In this document: one piece after another, positions 29,689 through 39,823 of the stretch
Numbering within the stretch: the stretch's first letter is position 1
Layout of the letters: every line of letters starts with the position of its first letter
From: an uncultured Catenibacterium sp.
Lineage (GTDB): Bacteria > Bacillota_I > Bacilli_A > Erysipelotrichales > Coprobacillaceae
DNA length: 64,000 bases
Assembly: GCF_900540685.1 (NCBI RefSeq)
Contig: NZ_UQGS01000001.1
Direction: 5' to 3' (one strand)
The notes under the pieces: model-generated
Seen by the model: only the letters and a program-made list of their open reading frames with translations
Told to the model about the DNA's origin: nothing
Database searches by the model: none
Program-made: the position numbers and the translations under genes

Positions 29689-30162
29689 CTACATACCTTG
29701 TTCTTTTCTTATTTGTTTTATCTGATCTTTATATGTCTTATTATTCTCTTCACTCTTTACTGGAATAGAATATCTCTGTATATATTCTATCACTTTCTTT
29801 TGTTCTTCTAATACTCTTATCGTATTATTGATTTTATTTACTTTCTCTTCTATTACAGTTTCCTGTTTTCCTCCTTCTAGAATGAGTTTGATTTTCTTCA
29901 AATCAAACCCCATTTCCTTATACCATAAGATTTCCCATAGTCTTTCCATTGTCTCATCATCATAGAGTCTATAATTATTCTTTGATCGTTTAACAGGCAA
30001 TATACCTTCATCATCATAATACTGCAATGTACGCTTACTCACTCCTGATAACTTACTAACTTCCTCAATCTTCTTAAACACGTTATTTACATCCTCATAG
30101 CTTGAGGATACGCTATCACGTAAACGTGATAGCAATACCCACCCTACGAATCTCCTTTCCAT
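29689..30162 (-). CDS. MerR-family transcriptional regulator
   Basis: MerR HTH (VSKLSGVSKRTLQYYDDEGIL) followed by a coiled-coil dimerisation helix. The true start is probably downstream of the annotated ATG. Confidence 0.7.
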   Translation of the reverse strand: MERRFVGWVLLSRLRDSVSSSYEDVNNVFKKIEEVSKLSGVSKRTLQYYDDEGILPVKRSKNNYRLYDDETMERLWEILWYKEMGFDLKKIKLILEGGKQETVIEEKVNKINNTIRVLEEQKKVIEYIQRYSIPVKSEENNKTYKDQIKQIRKEQGM

Positions 30163-30610
30163 TAAAGAAGATGTAAAATTCGCGTATTTAAAAAGATGGG
30201 CAATATACCCATCAAACCGTTAATTCTATTGGAGTTAATCTATAAAATTTATATCAAGAAAGAACTGTTTCACTTATAGTAAGATCTATGAAGTAAAGAA
30301 TATCCTGATGTATCCTATTCAATCATTATGTCTATTAATATTAAACATAATCAAGAAATGAAAGAAGAATATTGTATATTACCTACTATATTTCGATATT
30401 GTGGGTAATTGGAAAGACTAAGCGAGCTTAGAATCAATCATAGAAGCACATAATCTAAAGAATAAGAAACTAGAAATCATCCTACACACATTAAGATTAA
30501 AGGATAATCTATAATTTTTTCTAGTTTTTTGAATTTTATTGAATTTAGTAATAGAGTTTTCTACAATAATCATAGAGGAACTTAATTGATATTAAGCCAC
30601 TCCTTAAATA

Positions 30611-30652
30611 AAAAAGCCTATTGGGATGCAACTCCCGCAAGGCTTTTTTATT
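30611..30652 (-). terminator. Rho-independent terminator downstream of the XRE-regulator operon
   Basis: aaaaaagcc-tattgggatgcaactcccgcaa-ggctttttt. A/T tracts on both sides. Confidence 0.55.
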
Positions 30653-30795
30653 ATTTATAATATAATATTTATAAGGGGTTTTAATTAAAGTTTTTTATTT
30701 GTTTTTTTGTATTCATTTGCATTGAAACCAGGAATTTATTAGTATACTTATAGAATGTTTTTTTCATAATATATTTTCCTTTTTGTCTGGCCTGT

Positions 30796-31200
30796 CTATT
30801 CATTAGACAGGCTCTTTTCTTGAATACATTTAAGTAAATCTTCTGGTGTAACATTATATAATCTTGATAAAGCTATAAGATTAGTTGTATTGGGATCACT
30901 TGTTCCATTCTCCCATTTTGAGACAGCCTGTCTACTTACACCTAATGTTTCAGCGACAAACTCTTGAGTCATCTTACAGCGTAATCTGTTTTCCTTAAGG
31001 GCTTCTCCTAATGATTTCGCATGAACCTTTTTCTCTTCTCTTACTTCTTTAGAATTAATATACTTCTTAAGAGCTTTGACTACTAATAAAAAGAGATAAA
31101 CAGATGCACCAAATAAGGAGATCATAAATACAATATACATGATGCCAATACTATAGCTAATTACTTCATAATACATATCCAGCCTCCTAGGTTGTTCCAT
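30796..31200 (-). CDS. Membrane-anchored XRE-family HTH regulator
   Basis: 134 aa. N-terminal TM helix (IGIMYIVFMISLFGASVYLFLLVV). C-terminal HTH_XRE (MTQEFVAETLGVSRQAVSKWENG). Confidence 0.65.
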   Translation of the reverse strand: MEQPRRLDMYYEVISYSIGIMYIVFMISLFGASVYLFLLVVKALKKYINSKEVREEKKVHAKSLGEALKENRLRCKMTQEFVAETLGVSRQAVSKWENGTSDPNTTNLIALSRLYNVTPEDLLKCIQEKSLSNE

Positions 31201-31558
31201 AATGCTTGATTTTGTCTAAAGCATATTCTGGAACGTCTGATTCTGATACAATCCTTTGATTAGTGACTATGTTCTTCTTTGTAGTTAACTTAATATAAGT
31301 TCCCGGATCATAGGTGTTAATAAATGTGACACGACTTGATTCTCCCATCGCATTAAAACAAACAAGAACATATTCTTTACCAATAGGTTGTTTGTGACCA
31401 AGATCATCGATGAGCCATGATTCTCTATTCACATCCCTACGGGGAATCTGTGTATAGTAACAGTTAGATACAGTATGGTCAGTACTGTAATATCTAGCCG
31501 TTATAGTAACTATACTGATTAGAATAATAAATACAAACAATATGCCCTTCTTTTTCAT
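31187..31558 (-). CDS. Small secreted protein, DUF1093/YxeA-like
   Basis: 123 aa with signal peptide (ILFVFIILISIVTITA). Its 3' end overlaps the regulator start by 14 bp. Family call tentative. Confidence 0.4.
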   Translation of the reverse strand: MKKKGILFVFIILISIVTITARYYSTDHTVSNCYYTQIPRRDVNRESWLIDDLGHKQPIGKEYVLVCFNAMGESSRVTFINTYDPGTYIKLTTKKNIVTNQRIVSESDVPEYALDKIKHYGTT

Positions 31559-32129
31559 ATAGCCCCTCCAATTTATATTGATTAATACAACAAAAAACTT
31601 CCATGATCATGCAAGAAGATATTAGTTATTCAATCATGGAAGTTTATTTATGAGATTCTATGAGGTTTATAAGCAGGATGGTACAGAACATCTTATGTTG
31701 ACTACTATATGAAAGCTTTATTCGATTACTTTTGTTCTGTACGTCAGGAAATTCGAGAGTACCCATATTTAATCCTATTATGAGTGGAAAGAAGTTGAAA
31801 TGGATTAAATAGCATAAAAAAATTGAATGATGTAAAATCACCTATAAAATCTCATAACTGGCAAACCTATTCATACTGTAAGACAAGTTTAAGTAGTTTA
31901 TACAAATCCTAGAGAGCATTGAAATACTATCACTATTAGAAGAATGTCGTGTGAGAAGTCACGAGTCGTAAAGGTTCAATATATACTTGTCTTTGATATC
32001 GTCCATTAAGGGAATATTCTGGACTTTAAAGTTCTATGAATAGTGCCTCTACAAGTGTAGGCCTAAAAATCAGTTACCTCCACCAACTATCACGTAAACT
32101 TAAGTTGACATAACATGTTTTCCTCGGAA

Positions 32130-32154
32130 ATAAAAAAGCCCCAAAATAGGGGCT
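32130..32154 (-). terminator. Rho-independent terminator of the P-type ATPase gene
   Basis: agcccc-aaaata-ggggct hairpin followed by T6 on the minus strand, 6 nt after the stop. Confidence 0.65.
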
Positions 32155-32159
32155 ATACA

Positions 32160-34271
32160 TCAATTATCTAATAATGATGTAGAAGATGATATCGCAAAAA
32201 TAAATGTAGAACCATTATGAATAAGTGATGTTGTACTCGCAGGTAAGATACCAAACATACCTAATAAGATTAAACCAGTATTTAAAGTGACTATTCTTGT
32301 ATAGTTACGTTTAATACGTTTCATTAATAGTGCAGATAATTGTTTAAATACCACTATTTCTTCTAATGATGATGAAGTTAATGTCACATCTGCAAGTTCT
32401 CTCGCAATATCTGAACTATCTTGTAAAGAGATAGACACATCTGCACAGGACAAGGCTGGGGTATCATTGACACCATCACCTACCATGACAACAGTATGTC
32501 CTTCATCTCTTAACTTTTTCACATATTCTGCCTTATCTTCTGGTAATACACCAGCTAAATAGCCATCAATATTGAGTTCTTCCGCAATATGCTTAGCCGC
32601 ATTTTCACTATCACCTGTTAACATAATGATATTCTTAAAACCACTATTTCTTAAATTTTGAATAGTTTCTTTTGCTTCTGGTTTTAATGGATCATAAATA
32701 GAAATAATACCTGCAAGTTCTCCTCCTATTGCGAGGAATATTAAAGAACTCGCTCCTTCACTTTGAAGGTTATTAATAAGTGTTTCTATTTCTTCTGTTT
32801 TAGTCACATGTTCATCTTCAAACACAAAATGATCACTACCTATGACAGCACGCTGATCACGATAAATAGTCGCAATACCGTGCGCAATAATATACTTGAC
32901 TTCTGCATGTTCTTCTTCATGATGTAGCTGTTCAAGTGAAGCCTGTTTTACTATCGCATTCGCTACACTATGTGGGAAATGCTCCTCTAGACAAGCTGCA
33001 ATACGTAATACTTCTTCACGTGTATAGTTTCCTAGAGGTGTCACCTTCTGGACAAATGGCTGAGCATTTGTGAGAGTCCCTGTTTTATCAAAGACAATTG
33101 TATCTGCCTGATCCATTGCCTCTAGGTATTTACCACCCTTAACCATGACTGAATGACGACCTGCTTCCTGCATCGCACTAATAATAGAAATAGATGTAGA
33201 TAACTTGATCGCACATGAATAGTCTACAAGTAGTACTGATGAGGCACGTGTAAGATTTCTAGTCGCAAGTAATAATCCAAAGAAAGCCACAAAACTATAA
33301 GGGACAATCGCATCAGCCAAATGTTCTGCACCTGACTGAATACCTGCTTTGAGTGATTCATTCGTATCAATCATATCTACGATCTTATTAATACGACTGT
33401 CTAGTTGTAGATTTCTTACTTTTACATAAATCTTTCCTTCTTCTACAACTGTACCTGCAAAGACAGAACTACCTTGTTTCACCATCTTACTTAATGGTTC
33501 ACCAGTAAAACTAGATTCATTGATCATAGCTTCACCATTCATGACTTCACCATCGACTGGTACCATAGATCCTGTCTGTACAATCACTATATCTTCTTTT
33601 TGTAAGTGTGAAGTAGGAATCTGTTTTTCTTTTCCTTCTTCTAATACCCATACTTTATCAATATTCACAGACAATGTTTCTTTCAACTGCAATGATGTTG
33701 TTTTCTTTGTATAGTCTTCAAGTAATGAAGAGATATTCAATAGGAACATAATATTACGTGCTGTACCCCATTGTCCTGATAATAAAGAAACAGAGATACT
33801 TGTGGCATCTAGTACGGGAACATCTATACGTTTATGTACAAGAGAATCTAATCCTTCTTTCACATACTGGATTGTATGATATATAGTTAATACGTTTCTT
33901 ATTGGTAAGGGTAGAAACCATTTAGAGGCATATCTTCTTGCGATAATACCAGTGAATTTTCCAATGTATTGATCGTTGATATCACGGTGATCTATAAGAT
34001 ATTTGTTTTCTTTAATGAGCTTTTCATAGGGTGCATCATCAAAGTGAGGTATATCTAAAGAGTTGATTTTGTCAATCAAAGCATCCCTATTTTCTTTACT
34101 ATAAGTAAATAAAATAGAACCAGTTCTTTCATTGACATCGGCTGATTCAACCATATCCCATTTACATAATGCGAAATGTAAAGCAAGTGCTTTATTTCTA
34201 GAAAAGCGATAACGTCCATAACGTATTCTCATACGTCCTGGTATGTCATGTACAATCTGATACTCTAACAT
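32160..34271 (-). CDS. P-type (P1B-like) cation-translocating ATPase with atypical TM6 motif
   Basis: 703 aa. Has the DKTGTLT phosphorylation site, GDGVNDTPAL hinge and TGD. At the position of the usual CPC metal motif it has YSC (DYSCAIKL). The N-terminal HMA-like domain lacks CxxC. Confidence 0.8.
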   Translation of the reverse strand: MLEYQIVHDIPGRMRIRYGRYRFSRNKALALHFALCKWDMVESADVNERTGSILFTYSKENRDALIDKINSLDIPHFDDAPYEKLIKENKYLIDHRDINDQYIGKFTGIIARRYASKWFLPLPIRNVLTIYHTIQYVKEGLDSLVHKRIDVPVLDATSISVSLLSGQWGTARNIMFLLNISSLLEDYTKKTTSLQLKETLSVNIDKVWVLEEGKEKQIPTSHLQKEDIVIVQTGSMVPVDGEVMNGEAMINESSFTGEPLSKMVKQGSSVFAGTVVEEGKIYVKVRNLQLDSRINKIVDMIDTNESLKAGIQSGAEHLADAIVPYSFVAFFGLLLATRNLTRASSVLLVDYSCAIKLSTSISIISAMQEAGRHSVMVKGGKYLEAMDQADTIVFDKTGTLTNAQPFVQKVTPLGNYTREEVLRIAACLEEHFPHSVANAIVKQASLEQLHHEEEHAEVKYIIAHGIATIYRDQRAVIGSDHFVFEDEHVTKTEEIETLINNLQSEGASSLIFLAIGGELAGIISIYDPLKPEAKETIQNLRNSGFKNIIMLTGDSENAAKHIAEELNIDGYLAGVLPEDKAEYVKKLRDEGHTVVMVGDGVNDTPALSCADVSISLQDSSDIARELADVTLTSSSLEEIVVFKQLSALLMKRIKRNYTRIVTLNTGLILLGMFGILPASTTSLIHNGSTFIFAISSSTSLLDN

Positions 34272-34307
34272 TCTCTTATCACCTAAAAAATAGGAAATGG
34301 CTATTTC

Positions 34308-34568
34308 CTATTTTGCTTCTTTCTTGCTTTTTGCTTCAGCATAGATATCTTTTGCGTCTTCTACAATTGTGTCATAAGTTGCAAGAGCTTCATCCTTGAT
34401 ATGCATTCCAGTCGCAACTGATTTAACTGCTGCATTTCTTGCGCAGTCACTCTTTACGAACTTACTACCTGCCACTGTAGCGGCTACACCACCTACAAAT
34501 GACCATAATAATTTGTTTTTGAATAAGTCTTTCATATTCTTTTCCTCCTTGTTAGTTATATCTAACAC
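34308..34568 (-). CDS. Hypothetical small protein
   Basis: 86 aa, with a GGAGGA RBS. Amphipathic with one hydrophobic segment (LLWSFVGGVAATVAGS). Immediately upstream of the ATPase gene. Confidence 0.4.
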   Translation of the reverse strand: MLDITNKEEKNMKDLFKNKLLWSFVGGVAATVAGSKFVKSDCARNAAVKSVATGMHIKDEALATYDTIVEDAKDIYAEAKSKKEAK

Positions 34569-34609
34569 TGTAATAATAACACCACAGAGAAGGTTTGTGA
34601 ATAAAAATA

Positions 34610-35464
34610 TTAGAGAAGCATAACTAATGTACCAGAGACAATTAGTATTAATCCAAGTAATGCTTTTTTAGATAGCTTTTCATGAAAAATAAGATAAGAG
34701 AATAACACAGTAAATAGAATACTGAGCTTATCTATAGGAGTGACTAAGCTTGCTGGTCCAGTCTGCAGAGCATGATAGAAGCATAACCATGATCCACCTG
34801 TAGCTAAGCCTGATAAAGCGATAAATAGATATTCTTTCTTTGGAATACTTTTCATATTCATTTCACTATGTGTCACAAAGACCACAATCCAACTCATTAT
34901 AAGTACAACACTTGTACGAATAGCTGTTCCTAGGTTACTTTCAATATTTGTGATTCCTATCTTACCAAGTATAGTCGTCAAACTTGCAAAAATAACTGAA
35001 AGCACAGCATAAAGTAACCAGGCATTATTTGTCTGTTTATTTTCTTCCTTCTTTTCTACCATTAAATATGTACCTGTTGTAAGAATGATCATACCTATGA
35101 TCTTATAGACTGTGACACTTTCTTTGAAGAATATAAGAGAAAGAATGATCGTCAATACAACACTTGTCTTATCTACAGCTGTAACTTTATTAATATTACC
35201 TAGCTGTAATGCTTTGAAATAACATAACCAGCTCGCTCCAGTAGATATTCCAGAAAGAATTAAGAATAGAAATGTCTTATGAGTGATTGTATGGATTGTA
35301 GAGAATGAGCCTACTATTCCTACCATAATCCATGAGAAGACAAGTACCACAATTGTACGTAATGCAGTGGCTAGATGAGAGTTTGTATGTTCAATACCAC
35401 ATTTTGCAAGTACTGCAGTGAGACCTGCAAAAAAGGCAGAACCAAATGCATAAAGAATCCACAT
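34610..35464 (-). CDS. EamA/DMT-superfamily transporter
   Basis: 284 aa, 10 TM helices in two EamA-like halves. Confidence 0.8.
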   Translation of the reverse strand: MWILYAFGSAFFAGLTAVLAKCGIEHTNSHLATALRTIVVLVFSWIMVGIVGSFSTIHTITHKTFLFLILSGISTGASWLCYFKALQLGNINKVTAVDKTSVVLTIILSLIFFKESVTVYKIIGMIILTTGTYLMVEKKEENKQTNNAWLLYAVLSVIFASLTTILGKIGITNIESNLGTAIRTSVVLIMSWIVVFVTHSEMNMKSIPKKEYLFIALSGLATGGSWLCFYHALQTGPASLVTPIDKLSILFTVLFSYLIFHEKLSKKALLGLILIVSGTLVMLL

Positions 35465-35466
35465 AA

Positions 35467-35498
35467 AAAGCCTCCTTATAATACTATTATAGGAGGCT
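35467..35498 (-). terminator. tkt terminator hairpin overlapping the EamA RBS
   Basis: aagcctcct-N14-aggaggctt. On the minus strand the 3' arm AAGGAGGCTTTTTATG supplies the SD and spacer of the EamA gene. Confidence 0.5.
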
Positions 35499-35511
35499 TT
35501 AATACATTTGT

Positions 35512-37512
35512 TTAGAATTCTTTGATTGCGTTAATAACGTCTTCTACAGTTAAATGGAATTCCTTGAATAAGTCTGCTGGCTTACCTGAAGCTCCAAATG
35601 TATCCATAGTGACATATTTACCCTTGAATCCTGCGAATTCACCCCAAGATAAACGGCTTCCTGCTTCTACAATAATTCTATTTTCTACACATGATGGTAG
35701 AATAGCTTCCTTGTATTCTTCAGACTGTTCTCTGAATAATTCCTGACAAGGCATAGAAACGATTCTGATATTTAAGTTAGGGTCTTTTAATTGTTCTTTT
35801 GCTTTTACGGCTAAGTCTACTTCTGAACCTGATGCAATGATGATGATATCTGGCTTACTCATACAGTCATCAATGATATAACCACCTCTTAAGGCACCTC
35901 TATTACTTCCTACCATCTTAGGTAAGTCCTGTCTAGAAAGAATAAGAGATGTAGGTGTTTCTTTTGAACTCATAGCGACATACCAGCCGGCTTTTGTTTC
36001 AAATTCATCACATGGTCTAAATACATACATGTTAGGCATTGCACGAAGCATAGTTAACTGTTCTACTGGTTCATGTGTTGGTCCATCTTCACCTACACCA
36101 ATACTGTCATGAGTAAATACATAAGTAAGTGGAAGCTTCATTAATGAAGATAAACGAGCCATAGGTTTTACATAGTCACTAAATACAAAGAATGTAGCAA
36201 CATATGCCTTTAATCCACCATACAACATTAAACCATTACCTACTGCAGCCATAGCCTGTTCTCTTACACCAAAGTGGATATTACGTCCACCATAGTTATC
36301 TGCACTGAATTCACCTTCACCATTTAATACTGTTTTATTAGAAGGTCCTAAGTCAGCTGAACCACCAATGAAGTTAGGGGCAAAATCCTTAATAAGGTTC
36401 ATTGTTTCACCACTTGCAGCACGTGTTGCGATATTGTGATGTTTATTAGCCCAGAATAATGGGTTATCCTTGAAGATTCTTTCAAAGTCTGTATTGAAAT
36501 ACTGTTCCCATACAATCTTCATTTCTGGATATTCTTCAAAGTATTTATCCTGCATAGATGTCCATGCATCATATAGATCATCTACACGTTTCTGTGTAGT
36601 AGCTAAATAGTCATATACGTCTTCTGGTACATAGAATTCTTCCTGTGGAAGACCAAGCTTTTCTTTAAGTGCCTTGATGTTATCCACGCCTAGAGGTGCA
36701 CCATGAGTGCTTTCTGAACCTTCGTTTGGACTATCTTTACCGATTGTAGTCTTGATTTCAATGAACTTAGGTTTACCTTTAATAGTCTTTGCTTTTTCTA
36801 ATGCAGCAAGTACTTCGTCTAAGTTATCTCCATCTTCTACAGTTAATGTTTCAAAACCAAATGCTTTTACTCTATCTGATACATTTTCTGTAAATGTGAT
36901 ATTTGTGTTACCTTCGATAGAAATGTTGTTTGAATCATATAAGATGATGAGCTTTTCTAACTTAAGTGTACCAGCAAGTGATAATGCTTCTGAAGAGATA
37001 CCTTCCATCATACATCCATCACCAGCTAATGCATAAACATAATGATCAAATAGATCATAACCTGGTTTATTAAATACAGTGGCTAAATGAGCCTGACCCA
37101 TTGCCATACCAACAGCCATGCCTAAGCCCTGTCCTAATGGACCTGTAGTCGCATCTACACCTACTGTATGTCCATATTCTGGATGGCCTGGTGTAAGTGA
37201 TCCTAACTGTCTAAACTGCTTTAAATCATCCATAGTCAAACCATAACCATATAGATGTAATAAGCTATAAAGCATACTAGAACCATGTCCTGCTGATAAA
37301 ATAAAACGGTCTCTATTAATCCATTCAGGATGTTTAGCATCATGGTTTAATACCTGTGACCATAATACATGAGTGAATCCAGCAGCCCCTAAAGGAAGTC
37401 CTGGATGTCCTGAATTTGCTTTCTGAATCATATCTGCACAAAGTGCTTTAATCGTATATACTGTTTTCTGATCAATCTTGTTCATTTTTTCTGTTTTTCT
37501 CCCATTCATCAT
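35512..37512 (-). CDS. tkt: Transketolase
   Basis: 666 aa ORF with TPP-binding motifs (ANSGHPG..., GDGCMMEGIS). The real start is probably the internal MNKIDQK (near 37485). Confidence 0.9.
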   Translation of the reverse strand: MMNGRKTEKMNKIDQKTVYTIKALCADMIQKANSGHPGLPLGAAGFTHVLWSQVLNHDAKHPEWINRDRFILSAGHGSSMLYSLLHLYGYGLTMDDLKQFRQLGSLTPGHPEYGHTVGVDATTGPLGQGLGMAVGMAMGQAHLATVFNKPGYDLFDHYVYALAGDGCMMEGISSEALSLAGTLKLEKLIILYDSNNISIEGNTNITFTENVSDRVKAFGFETLTVEDGDNLDEVLAALEKAKTIKGKPKFIEIKTTIGKDSPNEGSESTHGAPLGVDNIKALKEKLGLPQEEFYVPEDVYDYLATTQKRVDDLYDAWTSMQDKYFEEYPEMKIVWEQYFNTDFERIFKDNPLFWANKHHNIATRAASGETMNLIKDFAPNFIGGSADLGPSNKTVLNGEGEFSADNYGGRNIHFGVREQAMAAVGNGLMLYGGLKAYVATFFVFSDYVKPMARLSSLMKLPLTYVFTHDSIGVGEDGPTHEPVEQLTMLRAMPNMYVFRPCDEFETKAGWYVAMSSKETPTSLILSRQDLPKMVGSNRGALRGGYIIDDCMSKPDIIIIASGSEVDLAVKAKEQLKDPNLNIRIVSMPCQELFREQSEEYKEAILPSCVENRIIVEAGSRLSWGEFAGFKGKYVTMDTFGASGKPADLFKEFHLTVEDVINAIKEF

Positions 37513-37518
37513 TGTTAA

Positions 37519-37550
37519 ATATTATACCTGTTCTCTTTTTGTGAATGCAA
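37519..37550 (-). promoter_or_regulatory. Putative sigma-A promoter of tkt
   Basis: Minus-strand TTGCAT-N18-TATAAT immediately upstream of the tkt ORF. Confidence 0.35.
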
Positions 37551-37555
37551 GATAT

Positions 37556-38743
37556 TTAGTACTTCACATTCCAATTCATTGCCGCATTATATAAGAAATA
37601 CAGGCCATACATTAAGCATCCTTCATCAAAGACAGTGGCTTTATTATGGAGACCATAAATATAGCCATCCTGTTTACATCCTGCAGCTAAAGTCACAAAG
37701 ACAGATGGTACATTGACTGTAATATGACCAAAGTCTTCTGAGATAGTAAGAGGTGATTCTAACTTCTTGATATAACCACCAAATACATCTTTTTCTGTGT
37801 CTATAATAGATTTAAGTAATGTAGGATCATTATAGACACTAGGTGCCTGCTGTAAGATTGTAATACCTGCCTGAGCATGATACATAGAGGCAATACTTTG
37901 AACTAACTCATTCACTCTTCCCATAATATATTCCTGATCATCTGGACGATAACTTCGAAGTGAACACTTCATATAAGCTGTTTCTGGTATGATATTATGT
38001 GCTTTACCTGCATTCATAATACCGATTGTAAGTACATCATCATGACTCATGCTTATTTCTTTAGGAATAATTTCCTGTAACTGCTGGTAGATATGAACAG
38101 CCACACGTAAAGCATCAATCCCCTTTTCTGGCATAGAACCATGGGAACTCTTACCGGTAATATTGATTTCAAAGATTGTAGAAGCGGTTGTCATCGCTTT
38201 ACGGATTGTACGTATAGTCCCTGTCTTATCTTCTGTAGCGGGCATGACATGTAACCCTACTGCTGCATCTACACGAGGATACTTCAATACACCATCCTCT
38301 ATCATCATCTTACATCCTACTAGTCCTTCTTCATGAGGCTGGAAGACAATCTTGATCTGTCCTTTAAGTTTCTTTTCATTCTGTTTTAATAGTTTGGCAC
38401 ACATCAGCATCATAGATGCATGCATATCATGTCCACAGGCATGCATCGATCCATTAATAGATTTAAAAGGTAAGTTCGTATGTTCTACTAAAGGTAATGC
38501 ATCCATATCACTTCTAAGTAAAAGAATCTTCTTATCATGTGGACCGACTAATATTTCAATACTTCCTCCTGGATTCACAATAATATTTTCATAACCATAC
38601 ATCTCCAACATCTTTACTATATATTCCTGTGTCTGAGGAAGAGGATGACCTACTTCCGGATGTTCATGAAAATGTCTTCTCAGTCGTATTAATTCTTGTT
38701 CAATATCCTTGTTGTTGGATATCCATTTCTCTATCTTTTCCAT
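37556..38743 (-). CDS. M20D-family amidohydrolase (aminoacylase/hippurate-hydrolase type)
   Basis: 395 aa with the MHACGHD metal-binding motif. Confidence 0.8.
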   Translation of the reverse strand: MEKIEKWISNNKDIEQELIRLRRHFHEHPEVGHPLPQTQEYIVKMLEMYGYENIIVNPGGSIEILVGPHDKKILLLRSDMDALPLVEHTNLPFKSINGSMHACGHDMHASMMLMCAKLLKQNEKKLKGQIKIVFQPHEEGLVGCKMMIEDGVLKYPRVDAAVGLHVMPATEDKTGTIRTIRKAMTTASTIFEINITGKSSHGSMPEKGIDALRVAVHIYQQLQEIIPKEISMSHDDVLTIGIMNAGKAHNIIPETAYMKCSLRSYRPDDQEYIMGRVNELVQSIASMYHAQAGITILQQAPSVYNDPTLLKSIIDTEKDVFGGYIKKLESPLTISEDFGHITVNVPSVFVTLAAGCKQDGYIYGLHNKATVFDEGCLMYGLYFLYNAAMNWNVKY

Positions 38744-38752
38744 AACCTACAC

Positions 38753-39595
38753 CTACTTTTCTAATTCACTAATAATACGTTTTGTATCAATAATCTTCTG
38801 CGAATATTCTTCTTTATTACGTTTTACTAATCCATAATAGAGAAGATCTACCACAATAAGTGAAGAATAACGAGAACTCATAGCTCCAATACGTAATGGC
38901 TGTTCCTGTGAAGGAATAGTCAATACATGATCCACTAATTTACCTAACTTATTATAAGCAGACTGGGTAATAGCCACAGTAGGAATATGCATTTCCTTAG
39001 CCCATTTAGCCGCAGTCACAATACTTTTTGTTTCTCCACTATATGAAATAAAGACCGCAAAATCTTCTTCTCTCATAGCCGGCACAAATGTCATCTGTAG
39101 ATGAATATCTGGATAGTAGCTTGCAGGCTTTCCTATTCTCATAAGCTTATGTCTAAAATCTTCGCAGACAATAGAAGAACCCCCTACTCCAAATAAATAG
39201 ACATGCTTAGCCTTTTCTAATTTATTCACAACAGCTTCTAATGAAGAAGCATCAAGAAGCTGATATGTTTTATCAATCGTTACTATCTGAGATTGATGGG
39301 TTTTTGCCATGAGTGTTGCCATATCCTCATCAGGATGTAATAAATTATCTACTTCTGGTATTTGTTCGACTAGATCTTTTGCGAGTTCTATCTTTAATTG
39401 TGGAAAACCTGTATAACCAAGCTTCTTCGCAAATCTTACTATAGCCGCAGATGAAGAATGTGTCTTTTCTCCAAGTTTAATTGCAGAATCATCAAGTACA
39501 CTTTCGATATGATTTAATATATATTGTGCTATTTCTTTTTCTGTTTCTGTTAAACTTGCTTCTTTAATACGCGTAATACAACTCATAAAAAACAC
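38753..39595 (-). CDS. RpiR/MurR-family transcriptional regulator (HTH plus SIS)
   Basis: 280 aa paralogous to the 7806..8641 product (same HTH and SIS layout; shared SSRxSSL segment). Confidence 0.8.
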   Translation of the reverse strand: MFFMSCITRIKEASLTETEKEIAQYILNHIESVLDDSAIKLGEKTHSSSAAIVRFAKKLGYTGFPQLKIELAKDLVEQIPEVDNLLHPDEDMATLMAKTHQSQIVTIDKTYQLLDASSLEAVVNKLEKAKHVYLFGVGGSSIVCEDFRHKLMRIGKPASYYPDIHLQMTFVPAMREEDFAVFISYSGETKSIVTAAKWAKEMHIPTVAITQSAYNKLGKLVDHVLTIPSQEQPLRIGAMSSRYSSLIVVDLLYYGLVKRNKEEYSQKIIDTKRIISELEK

Positions 39596-39823
39596 TCCCC
39601 CTTTTTATAATTACCCTTAAAAAAAGTATACCATGATTTTTCTTGTTACATCGTATTTTTCATATCTAATCATGAAAATAGATGCCTATTTAATATTTTT
39701 TATCACTTCATTAAAATTTTTATTATCATTAAATATTTCATTTTATCATGAATACAAGGCTTTATTTTTCGCTTAATCCTATTTTTCTATGTGATAAATT
39801 AGCGTTATTATGATAATTTATTA

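Noticed and set aside
30163-30795. 630-bp AT-rich intergenic region examined for small RNA or riboswitch
   Set aside because: Only the terminator at 30611-30652 is recognisable. No conserved riboswitch core sequences were seen.
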